Below, in pieces: positions 56,084-64,000 of a DNA stretch of 64,000 nucleotides. The stretch comes from Thermoanaerobaculia bacterium (GTDB lineage Bacteria; Acidobacteriota; Thermoanaerobaculia; Multivoradales; Multivoraceae): the NCBI GenBank assembly GCA_963664405.1, contig OY761158.1, positions 6,112,001 through 6,176,000 of the forward strand, written 5' to 3'. A program made the position numbers and the translations under genes. The first letter of the stretch is position 1, and every line of letters begins with the position of its first letter. The notes under the pieces were generated by a model that saw nothing but the letters and a program-made list of their open reading frames with translations, did not search any database and was not told the DNA's origin.

Positions 56084-57466
56084 TCAGCAGCTTCGATTCG
56101 CGACCAGGCCGATCGGGCGCGCCGTCGCAGGAACGTCGATGCCGGGATCGACAGGCCAGTTGGGGCCGTCCCCCAACTCCTCACGTGCCTGGTCGAGCAG
56201 GCCCTCCAAGCGCTCAGTGATCTCGCGGTTCCGGGCCGCGACATCGGTGGTCTCGGAGATGTCGGTTTCGAGGTCGTAGAGCTCGCCGTTGGCATGGAGC
56301 TTCCAACGGCCACTTCGAACGGCGCCCAGTTGGTAGCCTTTGTAGTAGTAGAGGGCATCGTAGTGAGAGGCTCGCTCGATCTCGCCCAAAAAGACGCGAG
56401 AGATGTCGTGACCGTCGATGACCCGATCGGTCGGCGCCGTGGTGCCCGCCAGTGCGGCGAAGGTCGGAAGGACATCCATCGTGCTTGCCACTCCGTCATA
56501 GGAGACACCGGCAGGTACGGTTCCCGGCCACCAGGCGATGGTGGGCTCGCGCATGCCACCTTCATAGGTGCTGCCTTTGCGTCCCCGCAGGGGGCCCGCA
56601 CTGCCGCGGGCCGGGCCGTTGTCCGAGGTGAATAGGACGAAGGTGTCTTCGGCCAGGCCGAGCTCTTCCAGCTTGGAGAGAACCTGGCCGACGCTCCAGT
56701 CGAGCTCCTCGATGGCATCGCCCAGAATCCCATTGCTGGAGTTTCCGCGGAACGCGTCTCCCGCGTACAGCGGGACGTGAACCATGGTGTGCGCCAGATA
56801 GAGAAAGAAGGGCGTCTGCTGATTCTGCTCGATGAAGCGGAGGGCCTCTTCCGTGTAGCTCCCGGTCAGGAAAGACTGGTCCTCTGGGACCTCGAGGATG
56901 ACTTCGTTGTTGCGGAGCAGCGGGATCGGAGGATAGTTCCGCGGGCTGCGAGGCATGAAGGGGCTCATGTCGTTCGAGTAGGGGAGCCCGTAGTAGGAGT
57001 CGAAGCCGTTTTGGGTCGGCAGGAACTCCGGCTGATCGCCAAGATGCCACTTACCCACCATTCCGGTCGCGTAACCCTGCTCGCGGAGGATCTCGGCGAC
57101 AGTTAGCTCATCGGCATGGATGCCCTGGGTGTCGGCCGGCATCAGGACCGGGTGCCAGGAGCCGGTTTGGAGACCGTTGCGAATCGGGTAGGAGCCGGTC
57201 ATCAATGCCGCTCGAGAGGGGGTGCAGAGAGGGGCGGCGTAGAAGCTGGTCAGCTTCATCCCTTCGGCGGCCATGCGGTCGAGGTGTGGCGTGCGATTGG
57301 CCGTCGAGCCGAAGGGGCCGATGTCTCCGTAGCCCATGTCATCGATGAAGATGATCACCAGGTTCGGCAGCCGCTCGACGACCTCTTCCGGTGTGCCCGT
57401 CGAGCACGAGCAGATGCACAAGAGAACCGCGAGGAGCGTTGCTCGATCCGTCACGCGACTGATCAT
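56084..57466 (-). CDS. Sulfatase (arylsulfatase A-like), lipoprotein
   Basis: IDDMGYGD, CTPSR, GKWHLG, PYSNDM, SDNGP. Confidence 0.9.
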   Translation of the reverse strand: MISRVTDRATLLAVLLCICSCSTGTPEEVVERLPNLVIIFIDDMGYGDIGPFGSTANRTPHLDRMAAEGMKLTSFYAAPLCTPSRAALMTGSYPIRNGLQTGSWHPVLMPADTQGIHADELTVAEILREQGYATGMVGKWHLGDQPEFLPTQNGFDSYYGLPYSNDMSPFMPRSPRNYPPIPLLRNNEVILEVPEDQSFLTGSYTEEALRFIEQNQQTPFFLYLAHTMVHVPLYAGDAFRGNSSNGILGDAIEELDWSVGQVLSKLEELGLAEDTFVLFTSDNGPARGSAGPLRGRKGSTYEGGMREPTIAWWPGTVPAGVSYDGVASTMDVLPTFAALAGTTAPTDRVIDGHDISRVFLGEIERASHYDALYYYKGYQLGAVRSGRWKLHANGELYDLETDISETTDVAARNREITERLEGLLDQAREELGDGPNWPVDPGIDVPATARPIGLVANRSC

Positions 57467-57501
57467 TTAGGAAGGTCTGACCTGATCATCTGTAGGTGTC
57501 C

Positions 57502-57638
57502 GAATGCGCCGTCCTCGGCGCCATGTTCAACATCCGGAGGAAATGATAGCGATCATTTCCGTAGGAGTCTGAATGCGCCGTCCTCGGCGCCATGTCATTT
57601 AGCTTTTGGAAATGATACTCATCATTTCCGAAAGCTAA
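57502..57638 (+). repeat. Two 69-bp-spaced REP-like units (GCGCCG-TCCT-CGGCGC plus GGAAATGAT hairpin)
   Basis: GAATGCGCCGTCCTCGGCGCCATG at 57502 and 57571, each followed by GGAAATGAT-N4-ATCATTTCC. Confidence 0.85.
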
Positions 57639-58441
57639 TGTCTTATTCGGTCGGTGAGTTGGAGGACGAAGCCGCCTGCGTCTTTCGGGTGAACGAACCA
57701 GTGGGGGTCGTTATGGACGTGTCGGACTCCGGCTTCGTCGGCCCGCGCCAACGTCTGCTCGAGATCGGCGACCGGGGTGGCCACCGCCTGGACGCCCTCC
57801 CCCGCCTTCTCGAGGCGATCCGCGACCGCCGAGGACTGACCCGCGAGCGGGCTGATGAGCTCCACCATCTGTTCTCCGAGCTCGAGTCTGGCAGCTTCGA
57901 AAGCGCCACCAGAGATCGGGTGCACGCCCATTTGAATGGCTGTGGCGCCGGTGATCTTTTCCCATCTCGAGCTCGCGCTCCGGAGGTCGGCGACTCGCAC
58001 CGCGACGTGGTCGAGACGGGCGCTTGCTGAGCCGCCACCGCCCCCAAGGTCGATTCGGGGTGTTAGCTGCACGAGGATCCCGTTGGCGGATTTTGGATGA
58101 ACGAAGACATGGCCGTCGGCCTCGAGGAGCCGGGCCCCGTCCGCCTCGAGTGCCGCGCGAGTAGCATCGAGGTCCGGAGCCGGGAGGCACACCAGATAGA
58201 ACCCCGGACCGCTCGCTTGCAAGCGTCGTTGGATAGCTCTTCCGATGCCGGCTTCGGGCTCGCCGAGAGGCTGGGCGAGCTCGATCATCGCCGCGCCGAG
58301 CTCGAAGCGCCAAAGACTGGCGGAACCGTCGGGAGAGGGATGCTGCGAAGGGCTGGCGCCGGTGACGGCTTCGTAGGTGCGGACGAACCTTGGGTCGTCG
58401 ATGGCGACGACGATGTGATCGAGAGTGCTTGGTTGGCTCAT
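57635..58441 (-). CDS. Two-domain VOC/glyoxalase (methylmalonyl-CoA epimerase-like)
   Basis: Duplicated LDH(I/V)..., IEL..P, FVHPK.A.G..(L/V)QL. Confidence 0.8.
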   Translation of the reverse strand: MSQPSTLDHIVVAIDDPRFVRTYEAVTGASPSQHPSPDGSASLWRFELGAAMIELAQPLGEPEAGIGRAIQRRLQASGPGFYLVCLPAPDLDATRAALEADGARLLEADGHVFVHPKSANGILVQLTPRIDLGGGGGSASARLDHVAVRVADLRSASSRWEKITGATAIQMGVHPISGGAFEAARLELGEQMVELISPLAGQSSAVADRLEKAGEGVQAVATPVADLEQTLARADEAGVRHVHNDPHWFVHPKDAGGFVLQLTDRIRH

Positions 58442-58497
58442 GGGTCGTAACTCGCCTTTCGGAGATGGGAGAAACCTAGTCTAGCGAAGCTTGGCGC

Positions 58498-59484
58498 TCA
58501 GAAGGCGGCGACGCGCTCGATCACCCAGAAGGTCGCGATGCTGCCGAGACTGTAGGCGGCGGCTCGTTCGAGAAGGCGCTGCCGTCGCGGGGTCCGGAGT
58601 AGGCGGTAGAGGCCCCACAGAGTGATACCGAAGAGACTCGCGAACGCAATCTGACCGGCCTCGATGCCGAGATTGAACAGCAGCAGAGTCAGCGCCAGAT
58701 CACCCCGCGGCAGGTCTATCTGAAGTAGGGCCCCGGCGAAGCCGAATCCGTGCAGGAGTCCGAAGGCGAAGGCCATGCGCCAGGGTCGCGACAGGCCGTC
58801 ATCTCGGTCGTTGCGGCGGGCGATCTCGTACGCTAAGTAGACAATCGACAGAGCGATGAAGACCTCGACCGGTGGGGATGGCACACGGACGAGATCGAGG
58901 ACGGTCAGCCCGAGCGTGAGCGAGTGAGCCAGGGTGAAGGCGGTGATCGTCTCGACGATAGGGCGGGTCGAGCGAAGAAGGAGAATCATTCCGGCGACGA
59001 AGAAGAGGTGATCGAGCCCGCCGAAGATGTGCTCGACGCCCAACAAGAAACGATCCTTGATGCCCGTGACACCGCCGCTCAGCGGCACCTCGGTGAAGGC
59101 TTCCGAGAAGACGCGCGCCGAGCGGTTAGCCTCGAGGTCCTCGACCCGCACCAGCACCTCGACGAAGCCGCCGTCGATGCCGACCAGGCCGAGCACCGGG
59201 GGCGGGCCGTCGAGAGCGCAGGAGAAGGTCCGTTGGATCACCAGGTTGCCCGGCCGCTCGTAGCGGCGCTCGGCGACGGTGTCTTCGCACTGAGACGGAA
59301 GGCGCGTTTCGATCGGCCACGCCGAGCGTCCGAGCATCGGAACCTTGAGCGCCGAGGTGTACTCGCGGGGAGCGGTCTCGCGGATGTCGAGAAACGCCAT
59401 CCGCGTCTCGTGCGCGCCGGTCGCAATCGGGTACAGGAGGAGGCCGAGAAAAGCCGAGCCCGACAACCACAGCGGTGAGCGCAC
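58498..59484 (-). CDS. HupE/UreJ-2 family membrane protein
   Basis: Signal + AHE; LGVEHI.GG.DHL.F, TAFTLAHSLTL, FGLLHGFGFA, FNLGIEAGQ. Confidence 0.88.
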   Translation of the reverse strand: MRSPLWLSGSAFLGLLLYPIATGAHETRMAFLDIRETAPREYTSALKVPMLGRSAWPIETRLPSQCEDTVAERRYERPGNLVIQRTFSCALDGPPPVLGLVGIDGGFVEVLVRVEDLEANRSARVFSEAFTEVPLSGGVTGIKDRFLLGVEHIFGGLDHLFFVAGMILLLRSTRPIVETITAFTLAHSLTLGLTVLDLVRVPSPPVEVFIALSIVYLAYEIARRNDRDDGLSRPWRMAFAFGLLHGFGFAGALLQIDLPRGDLALTLLLFNLGIEAGQIAFASLFGITLWGLYRLLRTPRRQRLLERAAAYSLGSIATFWVIERVAAF

Positions 59485-59488
59485 CTCC

Positions 59489-60385
59489 CTAGTCTCCCGT
59501 GTTGCTCGGCAAGGGCTGGCTTTTGGCGGCCGGATAGGGGGCTACTTCGACTTCGTAAAGCGCAAGCATTTCGCGGTAGCGTTGCTCCTCCTCCGCGTCA
59601 CCGGTCTCTCGACGCCAATCCTCGAGCACCTGCTCTCGTGCGTCTTCGAAGTCTCGCTGGCGTGACGGTGTGAAGGTGTCGATTCGAACCAGGTGGAATC
59701 CGTAGGCGGAGGGAACAGGGCCGAACCACGAATCCGCGCCGTCGGGGCCGCTCGCACGAGTGAGTAGCGCATCTCGAAATGCAGTGCCGAATACCCGCAC
59801 CAGTCGCTGGCTACTCTGCTCTGTCAGCGTCTTCGACGCGTGGAAGCTGTCATCGTCGACAGCGTCGCCCTGATGGAGGCGCTCGAGGGCGGCGGCAGCG
59901 TCCGCTGCCGCTCGCTCGCCGCGCTCATCGGCGTTGAAGAATTTGTGGGTCAGGCTCAGCTCTGCCGATTCTCGGTAGCGCTCGAGGTTCGCATTGTAAT
60001 GCGCTCGCAGCTCGCCTTCTTTCGGCTCGGTCATCGCCACGACGTCGATGAGTGCGAGCTCGAGCTTGTCGGCGAGGCGTCGGCGTACCAAGGCGTCGTT
60101 GTCGTCGAGATTGAGTGCGAGCGCCTCGCGGTAGAAGACCTCCTCCCGGATGCGGTCGGCGACCATTCCGGAGAGCTCGGCTTCGGTCGGGGGCCGTCGC
60201 CATTGCGCATGCCACAGTGCCGTCAGCCGTTGGAGCTCGTAGTGGTCGATGGTGATCTTGCGCTGTCTTGCTTCGTCGCTGCCGCCGCCGATCGCGTAGA
60301 AGACGAAGCCGAGCGCGCCCAGGGCGAGAAAGTGGGTGAGGGGATCGCGCAGGATGCGCCGTGCCCTGGACCCTCCCGTGGCCAA
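59489..60385 (-). CDS. PpiC-type peptidyl-prolyl isomerase (Rotamase_2)
   Basis: RDPLTHFLALG anchor, REEVFYREALAL.LD..D..VRRRL, WFGPVPSAYGFHLV. Confidence 0.85.
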   Translation of the reverse strand: MATGGSRARRILRDPLTHFLALGALGFVFYAIGGGSDEARQRKITIDHYELQRLTALWHAQWRRPPTEAELSGMVADRIREEVFYREALALNLDDNDALVRRRLADKLELALIDVVAMTEPKEGELRAHYNANLERYRESAELSLTHKFFNADERGERAAADAAAALERLHQGDAVDDDSFHASKTLTEQSSQRLVRVFGTAFRDALLTRASGPDGADSWFGPVPSAYGFHLVRIDTFTPSRQRDFEDAREQVLEDWRRETGDAEEEQRYREMLALYEVEVAPYPAAKSQPLPSNTGD

Positions 60386-60386
60386 A

Positions 60387-62110
60387 CTACTCGTCGGGCT
60401 GATACCAGATCGGCGACGTATAGGCCCGCTCCTGCAGTGTCGGCGCGAGATCTCCCCGCGGCGGCAGTCCGGCGGCAGCGGTGTCGTAGGTCGACCAGCG
60501 TGGGGTCGGAATCTCGATCACGCGCAGGTAATAGAAGGCCGGCACGTCGGCATCGAAATCAGGATCGGTCCACACCGCCCGCAGGGTCGCGGCGCCAATA
60601 TCGTTGGTGTACGTCGCTTTCCATACGTCGACCGTGTTGCCGACGGGCGGCGCCTTGTCGGTGGGGCCGACTTCGCGGCCGTCCGACAGCGTCAGATCGT
60701 AGATGCGCTCGAAGGTCTCGCCGTCGTCGGTCCAGCCCTTGATCAACTGGATACGGTCGAGATTTGCGCCCTTCGGATCTTTCGCCGCCCATACGACGAA
60801 GTGTGGGGGGGCGTGCGCCGACCCTCGCAGGACGCCGCCCATGGGGACGCCACCGGCATAGCCTGCCCTGACCCAGTCATTCTTATCGAGGATGTCGCTG
60901 TCATAGTGCCAGCCGCCAAAAAAACGCACCGTGATGCGGGGCCCCGTAGTGGCGTAGGTCTCGCGACGGCGTATTCCCGCGAAGAGCTCTTCGCGGGTAT
61001 TCTCCGGCGCCCAGATGGCGGTCAAGCCTGCCGCGCTGCGCCCTTGAAAAGGCATCCGGCTCCAGGTGCTCGTGGTCAGGCGCTCTTCGAGAGTGCCGTC
61101 GACCGTGTCGCCGGACATGCTGCTCATGTTGTTTTCTTCTACCGCCGAGGTGCCGGAGTGGAAGTCCGTCGCTCCCGCAAAGCCGAACTGGAAGGGGTTG
61201 TAGCCTTCCTCTGCCTGTAGCCGGACCCCGTTCCTCAGGGCTTCACGGACGTAACTGCCCGGCACTTTGCCGATTCTGCCTTCGGCGACCAGGAGCTCGG
61301 GAAAGAGCTCGAAGTCGGCAAACTCGTCATTCGGCGACATCACCGGATGGGTCTCGGAGGTACCCTTTGCCTGCGTGATCTCGACCACGGGCTCGTTGCG
61401 CATGCGCTGCACGGCGTAGCTCGCGGTCAGCGGCTCGCCGGCGAAATCGACCAGCGCGAACATCCGCCCGTCGCTCACATTCATATTGTGTGGGATCGCG
61501 ACGGCGTCGACGTTGTGCGCGCGCTGGGTATCGAGGTAATCCCAGAGGTCTTCGGGGTTATCCGAGTCTTCTCCGGAAAACGGCATTGGCAGGCCTTTAG
61601 TGTCTTCGAAGATCACACAGCGGTGAAGGTTGCCGCGGTCGATAGCAACGGTCCATTCGTAAGCGGCGAAAGTGGTGAACTCGCCCGGCGCGTTGTGCCG
61701 ATCGGCGGACGCGACGATCTTGCGCCAGACCTCACGGCCGACCTCTGGGTGGTCGAAGAGCTCCATGTTCTCTCCGGTGCGGCGGGCATTGCTCCAGTCA
61801 TAGAGGCCCTGCAGTCGGGTCTCCCGGTCGCGCGAGTTGGCTCGTTTGACGATGGGGTGGTCGCGATCAGGATGATTGGGGTCGGTGAAGGTCTGGAGGA
61901 CGCCGAGATTTTCGGCGTGGTCGGTCACCGCCATGAAATCGAAAGGCGTTCCGAGTTGAATGCGGGTGCCCCCGATGTGCGCCACCTCTTCCCCCTTGGC
62001 ATAGCGGTAGGCATCGTCGGGCGTCCGCTCCGTACCGAAGGCGAAGGCGTCATTCGAATAGCGGGTGTGGAGGTGGAGATCGCCGAAGTAGACGTTCTCG
62101 GCCGGCTCAG
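60387..62110 (-). pseudogene. DUF3604 protein, 5' end (signal peptide) displaced by transposon end
   Basis: Begins abruptly at EPAENVYFGDLHLHT; DUF3604 motifs intact to QERAYTSPIWY; upstream in-frame ATG lies in the element's terminal repeats. Confidence 0.75.
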
Positions 62111-62143
62111 TGAGAGTGATCACGGTAATCGATGGCGGGCTGA

Positions 62144-62491
62144 TCACAGTAAATGATGGTCTGGGTCTTGGCTGCTGTCGCGGATGAGAGTTTCAAGGTA
62201 CCGGAGGTAGCCGTTATCGAGGGGTCTATCGCGAATCTCTCGGATGACGGGGAGGAAGTAGTGGAGACTCTGGATGGGGGTTGTGGTGTGTGCCTCGTTG
62301 CATCTCCTGGCGGCGACGAGTAGTAAGGCAGCGTTGATGGTGTCGAGGGTAACGCCGTTTCGATAGAGATGTACGGCGAGGCGGCGATCGGCGTTTCTGA
62401 CTCGTCCGGTGGTTTGGGGATGTCGTCGATAGAGCTCGAGGACGCTCTGGAGGTGCCGTCGTTGTTGCTGGGCGGATGGGGAGTCAGGCAC
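62144..62491 (-). CDS. Hypothetical transposon accessory protein
   Basis: Overlaps ATPase stop; VLELYRRHPQTTGR..DRRLA..L, PIQSLHYFLPVIRE. Confidence 0.65.
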   Translation of the reverse strand: MPDSPSAQQQRRHLQSVLELYRRHPQTTGRVRNADRRLAVHLYRNGVTLDTINAALLLVAARRCNEAHTTTPIQSLHYFLPVIREIRDRPLDNGYLRYLETLIRDSSQDPDHHLL

Positions 62492-63329
62492 GGGCTTTCC
62501 TGGGAGAGCGCTGGGAGGTAGGTGGCGAGAAGACCTCGAGGTAGAGCTTCTGATCGATGTTGGGTAGCTCTTCTTTGGCGGCCATGGCGAGGAGCTCGTT
62601 GGCCATGTGTGCGAGTACTCTGAGGTTTCTGGCGGCGTGCTCGGCGAGAGTGGTGATGACCTCGTGGTCGAGGAGACTGGGGTTTCCGGCTTGTGTCAGG
62701 GAGTGCTGGAGCCATTCGGCCAACGTCTCTGGGGGCAGGTAGTCGAGGAGGAGGAGGCGTACGCGGATGCGGCTGGCGACGGGTAGGAAATCGTCTCGTC
62801 GGAAGAGCTGTGTGAGTCGGGAGTCGCCGCACAGGACGACGGTGAGGATGGAGCGTGAGTCGAAGTCCGCAGAGGCGAGGATGCGCAGTTCGGCCAGCAC
62901 GTTGGCGGCGAGCTCCTGTGCTTCGTCGATCAAGAGTACGGGTCTTTGATGGGTGGCATCGACATGGGAGAGCCAGGTCTGTCGGAGGGCTTTGAATCCG
63001 GCCCATCGGTTGTGTGGATTGAGCGGGACCCCGAAGAGCTGTCCGAGCTCACGGTAAAAGTCGGCGAGACTGCTCTGTGGCCGCGTGAGGACTCCGGTGC
63101 GCAGGTCGGGCAGGTGTTGAAGGTGGTGAGCGAGGGTGCGTAGAGCGACCGACTTGCCGGTGCCGGGATCACCGGAGATCAATGCGAAGCCACCGTCGTG
63201 GACGAGGGTCTCCAGGCGCCAGCAGAAGTGGTCGAGATGCGGGTGTCGCCACAGCGCTTCGACGGGGATGTTGGGGGTAAAGGGGTTCCATTTGAGTCCG
63301 AAGAGTGCCAGTAGTTTCTGGTTGTTCAC
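62484..63329 (-). CDS. ExeA-like AAA+ ATPase (transposition helper)
   Basis: FGLKWNPF, GDPGTGKS Walker A, LLIDEAQ Walker B. Confidence 0.9.
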   Translation of the reverse strand: MNNQKLLALFGLKWNPFTPNIPVEALWRHPHLDHFCWRLETLVHDGGFALISGDPGTGKSVALRTLAHHLQHLPDLRTGVLTRPQSSLADFYRELGQLFGVPLNPHNRWAGFKALRQTWLSHVDATHQRPVLLIDEAQELAANVLAELRILASADFDSRSILTVVLCGDSRLTQLFRRDDFLPVASRIRVRLLLLDYLPPETLAEWLQHSLTQAGNPSLLDHEVITTLAEHAARNLRVLAHMANELLAMAAKEELPNIDQKLYLEVFSPPTSQRSPRKARA

Positions 63330-64000
63330 GGTGTCTCCTTTTTGAGGTAGGCGGGCGGGAGCCCGGTGGCGGCGTACTCCGCCATGTGTTTGCGGAGTAG
63401 GGGTGCGATGCCAGGCTCCGGGCCTGTCGGCTCGTCGGTGCTCTGGGGTTGGATCGGGCGGCGGATGCCGGAAGCGTTTCTTGCCTTGTCGATGGGGTAG
63501 AGGCGCTCGAGTGGGACGTCGGAGCTTTCGTCGACCATGAAGACGGAGCTTTTCTCCCAGCTCTGGTATCGCACCGAGATCCGGTTGAGATGATGGAAAC
63601 GAGAGGGGATCTCGAAACGGGTGCCGTCAAGACTGATGGTGCCGTCGCTTTGGCGCTGGGTGCGCTTTCGAGCGGCGGTGAAGGCGAAGCGCAGCTCGTC
63701 CAGGCTGGGGCAGATCCGAGAGACGGAGGGACCCTCGAGAAAGCGGTCGAGCGGCGTCTGGCCGGTCTCGGAATGGACGCTGCGGTGATACTCCATCTCC
63801 ACCCAAGCCAGCGTCGCCTCATTGAGCAATGCCAGATTGAGATCCGCGTGTCCTTCGAGCATGGCGAGGAGGCGGGATTCGACTTGAGAAAAGAAGTTTT
63901 CTTGTTTCCCGTTTTGATAGGGGCTCCGGGGCAATGTGGTGCGATGGACGACGGAGAGGCGTAGGAGCCCCTCGGTGGTCTCGTCGGCGATCATGGCGCT
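63326..64000 (-). CDS. DDE integrase/transposase with Mu-transposase C-terminal domain (5' beyond window)
   Basis: SAM.., PYQNGKQENFF, YHRSVHSETGQTP, RTQRQSDGTISLDG.RFEIP. Confidence 0.88.
   Translation of the reverse strand, partial: SAMIADETTEGLLRLSVVHRTTLPRSPYQNGKQENFFSQVESRLLAMLEGHADLNLALLNEATLAWVEMEYHRSVHSETGQTPLDRFLEGPSVSRICPSLDELRFAFTAARKRTQRQSDGTISLDGTRFEIPSRFHHLNRISVRYQSWEKSSVFMVDESSDVPLERLYPIDKARNASGIRRPIQPQSTDEPTGPEPGIAPLLRKHMAEYAATGLPPAYLKKETP

Larger units (their letters stand above)
62111..64000 (-). mobile_element. End of a Mu/IS21-like DDE transposon with ExeA-type ATPase (extends beyond window)
   Basis: Terminal TG at 62111; two 19-bp repeats TGATCAC(G/A)GTAA(TC/AT)GATGG at 62117 and 62141; three coupled genes; interrupts a DUF3604 gene. 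Confidence 0.75.

Overview
GC-rich bacterial window, probably Acidobacteriota (Thermoanaerobaculia-like). That is an inference from a lineage-typical C-terminal domain, a kinase remnant and a quinoprotein/cytochrome pair. The window is a patchwork of secreted and catabolic enzymes: five Cys-type sulfatases, five DUF3604/PHP-like metallohydrolases, amidohydrolases, three CtBP-like 2-hydroxyacid dehydrogenases plus a partial duplicate, two ALDHs and a cytochrome c + PQQ-type dehydrogenase pair. It also carries two PIN toxin-antitoxin pairs, an Lsa-like ABC-F, an IS256 (8-bp TSD) splitting a vanadium-haloperoxidase-like gene, the end of a Mu-like DDE/ExeA-ATPase element, and several gene remnants. 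No rRNA, tRNA or CRISPR was seen. Best candidates for new biology: (1) a two-gene RiPP-like cassette (9194-10581), where a 73-aa twin-arginine peptide with a repeated GGGRG(RG)KGE core is translationally coupled to a PqqD/RRE-TPR-SAM methyltransferase fusion; (2) a family of about 160-bp, mostly CTAG-bounded, strand-asymmetric hairpin elements with a conserved covarying core but different arms, one copy inserted in frame into a lipoprotein signal peptide; (3) a 76-bp tandem array with related hairpins; (4) an O-acyltransferase insert bounded by GATCTAG inside a partial gene duplication. All family calls come from motif recognition by eye; no searches were run.
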